This document shows, piece by piece, positions 18,223 to 26,556 of a DNA stretch of 32,000 nt; positions within the stretch are counted from its first letter, which is position 1; each line of letters starts with the position of its first letter. The position numbers and the translations under genes are program-made. Source of the stretch: Candidatus Heimdallarchaeota archaeon (GTDB lineage Archaea > Asgardarchaeota > Heimdallarchaeia > JABLTI01). The notes beneath the pieces are model-generated. The model saw only the letters and a program-made list of their open reading frames with translations. It had not been told where the DNA came from and ran no database searches. The stretch is taken from the NCBI GenBank assembly GCA_030614005.1, contig JAUWKS010000033.1, positions 2,840 through 34,839 on the forward strand. Reading direction: 5' to 3'.

Positions 18223-19440
18223 TTATTTTGTCATTTGTTTTAAATCCATTGTATCCAGATCTATTGTACAAGCAATAGCTGCTTGACAAACTTTCTTAAT
18301 GAATTCAAAATCTAATTTGTCTATAGTATCCGCTTCAGTATGATAGTATGGATAGCGAAAATTTGCTGTATCTGTTATCATTAATGCAGGGATGCCATGT
18401 TGCCAGAACGGTGCATGATCCGATCTTAGCAGGTCTCCTGCTTTATCAGCTATTGTTTCAAAGCTGAACGGTAAAGCAAGATTTGCATAAGGAAGTTCTA
18501 TTTGTTTAAGTTTACAATTTTTACAGAATCTTTTAGCCAACCATCTTGATTGTTTATCACCTATGACTGCTATGAAGTCTCCAATTTCCTTTCTCATATT
18601 AGTTTTGTATTTGGGCATCAATGTAAATAACTTTGATGGGAATCTTTGTGAGTGATTTTGTTTTGACGTATAGCCAATTGTTTCGAAGTTTAATACACCG
18701 ATTATCTCTCTTTTATCTTTGATTGCTTGTTCTACCCACTTGCTACTACCGACAAGTGCGGTCTTTCCTATCCAATCAGTACTGCTTTTGATTTCTTTCC
18801 AAGTTTTTACAAGATACAAAAAGTATTCCTTTTCTGCTTCAGTTAGCTCATCTTGAATTTTCTCGTATGCTTGTTTCCCTGCTTCTCCGTAACTGTTGCC
18901 GGAGGTTGCTAACTTGAAAAACAGCTTGGTAAATTTTCCAAGCAATTTTTGAGTATGATACTTAAGAATACGCTTTTTATCATCTATTAATCCCAATTCT
19001 TTGGCTTTCTTTCTGTTTTCGCTGTATTGAACTGGATGTAACTCTTCCAAAGTAAAACTTACAAAACGAAAATTTTTGTTTCCCTTATAATTCTCAGCCA
19101 ACACCCTTGCAGCTTCCAACATTGCTGTAATACCTGATCCATTATCATTAGCTCCTGGAGTATTGTCAACAGTGTCATAATGACTTACTATAAGTATCTC
19201 AGGTTTTGTCCCTTCACCAATAACTCCTTCAATATTTCTAAAAGTAAAATCTAATCCTTCTAATGTAAACGTCTGTTCACTTACCGTTAATCCATAATCC
19301 TTCAGTTCGTTTTTGATGTATTCAGCAGTTTCATTTAACTTCTTAGGATCAACTTCGTGATGCTTGATTCCCTCAATATTCAGAATATGTTCATACATGC
19401 GTTCAATACTAACTTTTTCTAATATCTTTTCTAAATTCAT
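18223..19440 (-). CDS. M28-family Zn metallopeptidase with a large internal insertion
   Basis: SHYDTV, PGANDNGSG, TLEE, NFETIG, RSDHAPFW, YPYYHTEADT. Start placed at MNLEKIL, where a GAGTGG SD-like sequence lies upstream; the track start is 19470. Confidence 0.9.
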   Translation of the reverse strand: MNLEKILEKVSIERMYEHILNIEGIKHHEVDPKKLNETAEYIKNELKDYGLTVSEQTFTLEGLDFTFRNIEGVIGEGTKPEILIVSHYDTVDNTPGANDNGSGITAMLEAARVLAENYKGNKNFRFVSFTLEELHPVQYSENRKKAKELGLIDDKKRILKYHTQKLLGKFTKLFFKLATSGNSYGEAGKQAYEKIQDELTEAEKEYFLYLVKTWKEIKSSTDWIGKTALVGSSKWVEQAIKDKREIIGVLNFETIGYTSKQNHSQRFPSKLFTLMPKYKTNMRKEIGDFIAVIGDKQSRWLAKRFCKNCKLKQIELPYANLALPFSFETIADKAGDLLRSDHAPFWQHGIPALMITDTANFRYPYYHTEADTIDKLDFEFIKKVCQAAIACTIDLDTMDLKQMTK

Positions 19441-19634
19441 TATTTGCCACTCAATATGAAAACAATTCAATAATTGATAAGTCTATCTTTCAACATTGTT
19501 TTCGTTAACAAAAATCTCTTTGAGAATTTTTCTTTTTGAGTTGTTTAATTGTATTATTAAATATATTTTTAAAGATAAACCGATTTTGATAGTTTAACGG
19601 TTTTAGAACACAATACCCGCTACGTGATAATGAA

Positions 19635-21113
19635 ATGGCTCCTGAAAAGAAGATAGTTGAGGCAAAAACATCATTCAAAGATGTTATCAATTCTATGAAC
19701 TATAATATCAAATTAGTTTTTGCTTTCTATATTACGAGTTCTTTAGGTAGAGGTATTTGGATGGGCAACGTTCTTAGCACATACATCTATCTTTTTTCTG
19801 AAAGTGGTGGAGGATTTTTAGGATTAAGTTCTAATGTTATTCTAGGGTTAACTTCAGCCGCTTCAGGAATTACTATGACTCTATTCGTTTTCCCCGCAGG
19901 ATTTATGGCTGATAAGTTCCGACGAGATATTATCCTCAAATCTGCGACAGGCATTGGTATCGCAGCAATGGGATTTCTTATCTTTGGAAATTCAATAATT
20001 TTCATTTTTATTTCATTGTTATTGTGGGGATTGTTTAATGCTTTAGTCCGTCCTTCACTTGAAGCATTGTTTGCTGATTCTGTTGAATCTGGATACCGTT
20101 CAAAGATTTATTCTTGGGGACATTTAGTACGGCAGATAGCTATGGCGCTTGGACCTTTCATTAATATTGGACTATTCTTCATTTTTGGCGATAAATGGGA
20201 TTTAAATATTCTCCGGAGTGTCATGATCGTAGGCTTAGCTATCACATTAATTTCAATTGTTTTGATGTTTTTCTTCAAAGATGACAAAACACTTGGTGAT
20301 GAAAGTGAAGAAATAGCTGAAGATGTTGTTACAATTGCACCAAGCGTTCAACAAAAGGAAGATATCAATGAAAATGGAAGACACTTCAAGAATCGGCTTG
20401 CAAATCTAGATTCGGAGCGGAAAAAGAAACTCATACCGATAATTCTAGTCTCTAGCAATGTAATAATTGGTGTTGGTGCTGGGATGACAGTAAAATATTT
20501 CCCAATATTCTTTATGAATGAATATAACCTATCTCCAGTTTTGTTGCAAGTAGTAATGGGTGCTACTGCATTAGTTACTGGTTTATTTGGAGTTGCTGCA
20601 CAAAAAGCATCGCTGAAATTAGGCCGAGTCCAAACGATATTTTACGTTCAGTTCATTGCTACTGCTTGTTTACTTTTTATTGCTGTGTATCCACCAATTG
20701 CAGTCCTTATTCCTCTGTTTATTCTTAGAGGGGCATTTATGAATGCAGGTCAACCATTAAGTCGATCAATACTGATGGATATGATCCCTAAAACAAACCG
20801 GGGAAAATGGAATTCAGTTGAAGCAATTGCATGGGGTCTCTTTTGGAATGTATCAGCTGTTGCAGGTGGTTTCCTAATTGGCAACTCAAACAGGTACAAT
20901 CTCTGTTTCGTCATCACTACCTTTGTCTATATTTTTGGCATGGTTCCAATTATTATATTAATGCCTTTAGTAGGTAAAGAGAAAGAAGCTAAAATAAAAG
21001 AAAAACTTCTTGAAGATTCAATCTACAATGAGGATGGATTTGATGAAGTTTTTGGAGAATCAGAACATGTTAAAAAAGATGATAGTGAAAATGCTAAAAT
21101 CGAAGTACTATAA
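19635..21113 (+). CDS. Major facilitator superfamily transporter
   Basis: About 12 TM helices in two halves with a charged central loop; motif A-like GFMADKFRR; SRSILMDMIPKTNRGKWNS. Confidence 0.92.
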   Translation: MAPEKKIVEAKTSFKDVINSMNYNIKLVFAFYITSSLGRGIWMGNVLSTYIYLFSESGGGFLGLSSNVILGLTSAASGITMTLFVFPAGFMADKFRRDIILKSATGIGIAAMGFLIFGNSIIFIFISLLLWGLFNALVRPSLEALFADSVESGYRSKIYSWGHLVRQIAMALGPFINIGLFFIFGDKWDLNILRSVMIVGLAITLISIVLMFFFKDDKTLGDESEEIAEDVVTIAPSVQQKEDINENGRHFKNRLANLDSERKKKLIPIILVSSNVIIGVGAGMTVKYFPIFFMNEYNLSPVLLQVVMGATALVTGLFGVAAQKASLKLGRVQTIFYVQFIATACLLFIAVYPPIAVLIPLFILRGAFMNAGQPLSRSILMDMIPKTNRGKWNSVEAIAWGLFWNVSAVAGGFLIGNSNRYNLCFVITTFVYIFGMVPIIILMPLVGKEKEAKIKEKLLEDSIYNEDGFDEVFGESEHVKKDDSENAKIEVL

Positions 21114-21533
21114 ATTACTATTCTTTCAAAATTAGCCATTAGCTATTCGCAAACTTACACAAAAAGTACTAATATAGCTATTTTGCACCTATCGCAAGGC
21201 GAGAAAGATTTTCATCTTCCAATTATTCCTAATATGAAGATGAGAACCCTCAACTCAATTACTCAAGTTTGAACTTTGTTAAAAATTGTAGCTATTAGTT
21301 AATTTATTAACATATACAATTTATTCCCTCAGTTATACTCATTGTAAATTAATCTAATTGTGTGATAGTGTTTCACTATTGTAAATGAAGGAAATTGTTG
21401 TTATAATAGATTTACTTACTATAATTATGAGCGACAAAAAATTCACAAGACTTATATATATCTAGAAAAATACTATCACTCAATATTACTTTGAAAGGAA
21501 GTATTAGAGAGAGATTAGATGTAAGAAATAGAT

Positions 21534-21560
21534 TTTTCTTCGAAATCTTTTCTTCGAAAT
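21534..21560 (+). promoter_or_regulatory. Tandem 13-bp direct repeat (TTTTCTTCGAAAT x2), operator-like
   Basis: Copies at 21534-21546 and 21548-21560 (period 14), each containing the palindrome TTCGAA, ending 13 bp before ATG 21574. Confidence 0.5.
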
Positions 21561-21573
21561 AGGAAATGATAAG

Positions 21574-22746
21574 ATGAAAAAAATATCAACAATTAATACT
21601 TTGCTAGTATTTTTGGTTATAATTGGAACTGTTTTTGCAAATGTGAATGCAATAGTTTCAATAATGCCAATAAATATAGTGGAAAGAGATGTGGAACGAG
21701 TAGACAATAAAACTACTATTAGTGATATAAACGAGTTTGATGTAAAGACATTGACAGAAATTGCTGACTATATTAGTATTCAAGCAGCTCAAAATAATTT
21801 TGAGATTTCTGCTATGGTATATTCCTCAGGATTATTATTTGAATCTGACAACTCCCTAATAATAATAGGTCATGGACATTTTAGTTCTAATGATCAATAT
21901 TTTATTGCTGATTATTCAACAAATAGAATTAGCAAAATGGCTGAAAATAAAGAAGTGGTTGCTTTACTTGCTTGCTATTCCAATAATATTGGATTAGAAA
22001 ATGACTTACAATTAACCTATGCAGATACAATCGATCTAATATCTGCGATACAAGATTTATTTAATCTACTAAGTTGGACAGAAAGCTCCCAACTTAATCC
22101 TATAAAGAATATACGACTTTTTGATTTGGATCCTGGACCCGGTGGATATGTTGAAGCAGTTTACTTGATGAATGGTGTAAGATATGCTCATTCCAGAAAC
22201 AAGTTTTGGAATCTATATAGTGGACCTGCACGAGCAAATTTAGCAGCATACATGCAAAATAATAAATATACACTTGTAGAATTAACCTTTTCTGGGATTT
22301 TTGCTGTTGAACAAGGAAGAAATACTGGTATATATGAATTAGAATACCATAAAGTTACTTATGATACTTGGCTTACAATTGAAGGAGATACTAAAACGTA
22401 TCTTAAAATTACTAATGTTAAACACAACGGAGTAAGAAAAAGAACAATGAATCGATTAATAAAACTTGATAAAGTAAATGCATTACTTGAAGCAAATTTC
22501 ACTGGTGCTGGTCTTATAGGTTCTCTAGATCATCTCGGAGATATTTTCTTAGCTATTGGCATTGCATTACTTACTTCGAGTACATTATTGATAATTGCTG
22601 CTAAGACTGCAACTTCTCTAGCTGCAGCAGTAACTGCTGCTTTGATTAAATTGGCTGCAGTAGCATTATGGTTTGCTGTTGCTTGCTTTGCTATTGCATT
22701 AATGCTTGCAATATCTTGTGTAATACTTCAACTCTGTTGGATTTAG
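21574..22746 (+). CDS. Secreted protein: caspase/gingipain-like (HG...AC) domain + central domain + Ala-rich hydrophobic C-terminus; candidate toxin/bacteriocin precursor
   Basis: Signal peptide; SLIIIGHG (His100) and VVALLACYS (Cys134); DPGPGG linker; an ~80-aa hydrophobic C-terminus with no basic tail. The function is inference. Confidence 0.6.
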   Translation: MKKISTINTLLVFLVIIGTVFANVNAIVSIMPINIVERDVERVDNKTTISDINEFDVKTLTEIADYISIQAAQNNFEISAMVYSSGLLFESDNSLIIIGHGHFSSNDQYFIADYSTNRISKMAENKEVVALLACYSNNIGLENDLQLTYADTIDLISAIQDLFNLLSWTESSQLNPIKNIRLFDLDPGPGGYVEAVYLMNGVRYAHSRNKFWNLYSGPARANLAAYMQNNKYTLVELTFSGIFAVEQGRNTGIYELEYHKVTYDTWLTIEGDTKTYLKITNVKHNGVRKRTMNRLIKLDKVNALLEANFTGAGLIGSLDHLGDIFLAIGIALLTSSTLLIIAAKTATSLAAAVTAALIKLAAVALWFAVACFAIALMLAISCVILQLCWI

Positions 22747-22771
22747 AAAATAAAAAGGAGGAAATGTCAAT

Positions 22772-23212
22772 TTGAGTACTATAGCTAATGAACAAACAAA
22801 GTTACAAAAGAATGCATTTGTTGTTTACATGGTTTTAGCAATAAGTCAACTAATGCTTCTTATACTTTCAGCGATTTTTCGAGCTATAACCAAGAAGCAA
22901 TATCATGATGAACTTACAACACTAAATCATCAGTATTATTATAGCTTTACATTCTTCATGAATCTTGCAACATATCTATTTTTCTTTGCAATGGTGATTT
23001 ATTTCAGCTTTTTAAGTTCTAAAATTGAAAGTATAAAAAATGTTGATATAGATAAACTAGATTTCGGAAATGCATTAGAAGAGATATTTAGACCTACAAG
23101 TCCAAAATTCAAACGAAGAAAGATTCTCTTAGTAATCGTTCTAGTACTTGCATTTCTAGTAATGATATGTTCTCAAATCTATATACAAATTGGTATTGTG
23201 TTTATGTTGTAG
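22772..23212 (+). CDS. Small three-TM membrane protein; candidate immunity protein
   Basis: AGGAGG at 22756-22761 and a TTG start 25 bp after the upstream stop; three hydrophobic segments. Confidence 0.6.
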   Translation: MSTIANEQTKLQKNAFVVYMVLAISQLMLLILSAIFRAITKKQYHDELTTLNHQYYYSFTFFMNLATYLFFFAMVIYFSFLSSKIESIKNVDIDKLDFGNALEEIFRPTSPKFKRRKILLVIVLVLAFLVMICSQIYIQIGIVFML

Positions 23213-23645
23213 CTTATTTTAGAAGGCTATTCGTCTAAATTTTTTTTCTTTTTTCTGGGAATTAACTGCTTATGTTAACAGATAAATAATTACGACAATT
23301 TTATAACAAAGTTCCAACTTACACAATTTGAGAAGAAAAAGACTTATCTGGACATTCTTTGTTCTAACACTTATTTCTCTAACTGCAACGCAAAGTTACT
23401 TGCTCATTATTCTATTTGTTGTGTTATGATATTCACATTTGGGGTAGTATTCAACCCAAATATCTTTTTTTTTCTTCTTTCAGCAATAATTTTTTTGTAT
23501 CTCCGTCTTTTTAGAACGAAAAAAATTGATGGAATAAGTATACTATGTAACGCTATTCCACCAAAAAACTATTCCTAAAATTGCAGGCATTTTTTCTTTA
23601 TTAACAATAAGATTGTAGTTTGTTAATTGTTGTATCTATTATTGT

Positions 23646-23789
23646 ATGATTTCAATCATCATATTAGTACCTTTAGTAGGTAAAGAAAAAGAAGAACTAC
23701 TTGAAGATTCATTCGACAGTGTGGATGGATTTGAAGATGTTTTTGGAGACTCAGAACCAATTAAAAAAGATTCTAGTGATGTTAGTTGA
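23646..23789 (+). pseudogene. Relic copy of the 3' end of the MFS gene
   Basis: Translates MISIIILVPLVGKEKEELLEDSFDSVDGFEDVFGDSEPIKKDSSDVS* versus MFS C-terminus MVPIIILMPLVGKEKEAKIKEKLLEDSIYNEDGFDEVFGESEHVKKDDSE. Exact 17-mer CCTTTAGTAGGTAAAGA at 20964 and 23670. Confidence 0.9.
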
Positions 23790-23852
23790 AAGCAAGGCAC
23801 CTAATCATGTTAAGCCTTTTGTAGATTTCTTAATCAATTGCTTTATGATTCC

Positions 23853-24326
23853 TTAACTGACAAAATCTTTTGTAACTGCATTAGCAAAATCTAATCGATC
23901 AAAATAAAGTCTCAAACTTTGAATCAGATAATTTTTGTAAATGAGAACTTCCGCTTGTTTAGACTCAACAAATGTTCCATCAAGTAATTTTGCTTTAACA
24001 ATAAATTCTTCAAAGAAAACATCACCATCTACTAAAATAATCACTGGTTTGAATTGGATTTCTGAAATATGACTGAAAAACCATTGCAACCATTTTCGCG
24101 CACCATCTTTACCGTGCAATTTTACATTTAATAATTCAATTTCACAATCCTCAGCAAAATAAGTGACAATTTTTTCAATATTCATCTTTTCTAGAGCAGT
24201 ATCTAATTCCATAGCAATTTTTTTTATCTTATCAGAATCTTGTTGAGAAATAACAATATCCTCCTTTATAATAAAATTACAGTATTCATTCTTCTTTTTA
24301 TTGTAAGGAATTTTTATATTTCTCAA
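23853..24326 (-). CDS. SnoaL-like/NTF2-superfamily protein
   Basis: IVTYFAEDCEI, GKDGARKW, DGDVFFEE, IQSLRLYFDRL. The start is uncertain and the stop may be premature (see findings). Confidence 0.8.
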   Translation of the reverse strand: MRNIKIPYNKKKNEYCNFIIKEDIVISQQDSDKIKKIAMELDTALEKMNIEKIVTYFAEDCEIELLNVKLHGKDGARKWLQWFFSHISEIQFKPVIILVDGDVFFEEFIVKAKLLDGTFVESKQAEVLIYKNYLIQSLRLYFDRLDFANAVTKDFVS

Positions 24327-24341
24327 AATACTTTATAATTT

Positions 24342-25532
24342 ATGCTTAATCATAGATTTTTAACTCAATATAAGGATCCTGAGAGCTTTGTGGAGGGTGC
24401 TGTTGAATTTATTCAAAAGCATATCAAAGATAAGAAAGTTTTTTGTGCTCTTTCAGGGGGAATAGATAGTTCAGCTGCTTATCTTCTTTTAAAGAAAGCG
24501 GGTGTAAATGTCTTACCAGTCTTCATAGATCATGGACTAATGCGAATTATCCGAGGTAAAGAGGAGCGAGTTTGGATCAAAGAAACATTTCCAGATGTAA
24601 AAGTGGTTGATATTCGTGATGAATTTCTCCCGCAAATTTACGGAGAAGGAGACGCAGAGAAAAAAAGGAAATTATTCAAAAAAGCTTATTCAGGTACTTT
24701 TGACAAAATAATTAGAGAAGAGAACTGTCAGCTATTGACTGATGGAACCATTTTACCCGATCTAGAGGAAAGTTTTGGTGTTGGAATGGATGAAATCAAA
24801 GAAAGCATGTCTTTTGATGATGAAACTGCTCTTCGTGAAGCTCAAAAAGGACTAGGCTTTGTGAAAAGTCAACACAATGTGGAAATACAATATGATGTTG
24901 AAGCCACTGTCCAACCTGTTGCTTCTTTGACAAAAAATCAAGTTAGAGAAGTGCTCCAGTATTTGGATATGCCTGACGATGTTGTCTTTAGGAAAGCATT
25001 CCCAGGTCCAGCCTTAGCTGCTCGCATTGTTGGTCCAGTCACTGAGGAGAAACTGACATTCCAAAAGAAAATACATGATATTGTTGAATCTGCTGTTGAT
25101 GACTTTTATATTGCAAAACATGGTAAATCTATGATTATCAATGAAAAAGGTGAACAAGAACCATTCCAAGTTTTTGCAGCCACTTTTGAAGATGCAACAA
25201 ATGCAGAAGTCACCGGGTTAAAAGATGGTAGAAGAACATACGATAAAGCCAAATGTGTTTCCGGTGATTGGAATTTTGATCAATTAGTGAAAGATGGTTT
25301 AGCCTTAACTGGTCACACTCGATTATTTTATCAATTAGGTGAAAAAGAAGATGGTAAATTTGATGCTGTTATTAGGTGTATAAATAGTATAGATGCTCGA
25401 ACAGCATATATCACCAATTTACCTTATGAATTGCTCCAAGAGTTAAGTAGTAAGTTGTTAGAAGTGCCAGATGTTCGACGAGTTTACTTTGACGTAACAA
25501 CAAAACCACCTAGCACAATTGAATATGTATAA
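24342..25532 (+). CDS. guaAB: GMP synthase, ATP pyrophosphatase subunit B (split archaeal type)
   Basis: ALSGGIDSS, IDHGLMR, KSQHNV, FPGPALAARIVG, SIDARTA, RRVYFDVTTKPPSTIEYV. No glutaminase domain. Confidence 0.92.
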   Translation: MLNHRFLTQYKDPESFVEGAVEFIQKHIKDKKVFCALSGGIDSSAAYLLLKKAGVNVLPVFIDHGLMRIIRGKEERVWIKETFPDVKVVDIRDEFLPQIYGEGDAEKKRKLFKKAYSGTFDKIIREENCQLLTDGTILPDLEESFGVGMDEIKESMSFDDETALREAQKGLGFVKSQHNVEIQYDVEATVQPVASLTKNQVREVLQYLDMPDDVVFRKAFPGPALAARIVGPVTEEKLTFQKKIHDIVESAVDDFYIAKHGKSMIINEKGEQEPFQVFAATFEDATNAEVTGLKDGRRTYDKAKCVSGDWNFDQLVKDGLALTGHTRLFYQLGEKEDGKFDAVIRCINSIDARTAYITNLPYELLQELSSKLLEVPDVRRVYFDVTTKPPSTIEYV

Positions 25533-25542
25533 ATAAAAAAGT

Positions 25543-25562
25543 CTAGGATTGAATAATCCTAG
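25543..25562. terminator. Perfect hairpin between convergent genes (possible bidirectional terminator)
   Basis: CTAGGATT-GAAT-AATCCTAG (8-bp stem, 4-nt loop), preceded by an A-run and followed by T-rich sequence. Confidence 0.55.
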
Positions 25563-25567
25563 CATCT

Positions 25568-26398
25568 TCATTTCTTTTTCTTCTTTGAATATAAAATACT
25601 TGCAAAAGTCATTGAAATTATCCCAACGATAATTGGAAATATCTGCACAGGTGTAGTAGCAGTGCAACCAATTCTTAATGCATTGTAATCGAAATCACTG
25701 TCTGCTTGTCTAATCTGCGAATAGATTATCATTGCAACAGCATTATCGTCTTTATAATAGAAGAAGATTTCAATATCATCATTGAGTGCTAAAGCAGGGT
25801 CTTTTCCAGGAGTGTCTCCAGAATCTAAAGGAAATTCGAGTTCGTATTCATCATAGTTTATTTTTGGATGAACTTTTCCTACACTGTCTTCAGTACCAGA
25901 AACGCTTACGTCATCCTCCCATATAAGACCAGCAACATCTTTTGTAACACCATCAATTGAATCGTTGTTGTGTGCATAAATGTATTTTATATCTTGTTCT
26001 TTGCCATAGCCCCAACCTTCATCGTATATTCGAACTAGTGGTTCAGCTGTATTTGTTTTCAATACGATTGCTAGCTGGTCATCTCCTTCGCCTTTATCAG
26101 TATCAGGAACGGTAACTGCAAAAATCAAGTTGTTTTCTTCAGTATACAAAGTCTTTACTACTATGATAATTGTATCAGCTTGGTTGTCCAAATTGTAGAG
26201 AGTGATATTATAGGTCAAAGCAGGTGCCCATTCTGTGGTACCAATATGTCCATCTATTACAGGTGGAGTAGAGTTATAGCAAGTTAATATAAGGTCTTTT
26301 TTTACAGGAGCTTTTATAACAGCTACTGGAATTAAACATAGGAATATTAAACTAAAAATTATCCCACTTATAGTTGATTTTCTTAAAAATGGTTTCAA
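25568..26398 (-). CDS. Surface protein with a CBM9/DOMON-like domain and a C-terminal TM + KKKKK
   Basis: Signal peptide; PPVIDG...EW and YELEFPL; TTPVQIFPIIVGIISMTFASILYSKKKKK; GGAGG SD and TTG start. Confidence 0.7.
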   Translation of the reverse strand: MKPFLRKSTISGIIFSLIFLCLIPVAVIKAPVKKDLILTCYNSTPPVIDGHIGTTEWAPALTYNITLYNLDNQADTIIIVVKTLYTEENNLIFAVTVPDTDKGEGDDQLAIVLKTNTAEPLVRIYDEGWGYGKEQDIKYIYAHNNDSIDGVTKDVAGLIWEDDVSVSGTEDSVGKVHPKINYDEYELEFPLDSGDTPGKDPALALNDDIEIFFYYKDDNAVAMIIYSQIRQADSDFDYNALRIGCTATTPVQIFPIIVGIISMTFASILYSKKKKK

Positions 26399-26556
26399 TA
26401 TACTTCCTCCAATGAAATGTATGTATGAATAAAAATACCTTTTTTTATATAAATATCTAATGGAGATAATTTAGAAGGTCATTATTGAGAGTTTACATTG
26501 TAAAATAAAGACTTTATAACAAGCAATAGTATTTAATTCATATATATAGGTAATGT

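Noticed and set aside
18757-19041. M28 insertion as an intein
   Set aside because: No N-terminal Cys/Ser, no C-terminal His-Asn and no downstream nucleophile pattern.
19505-19690. 61-aa minus-strand ORF between the M28 and MFS genes
   Set aside because: Overlaps the MFS start and the divergent promoter region; no coding features.
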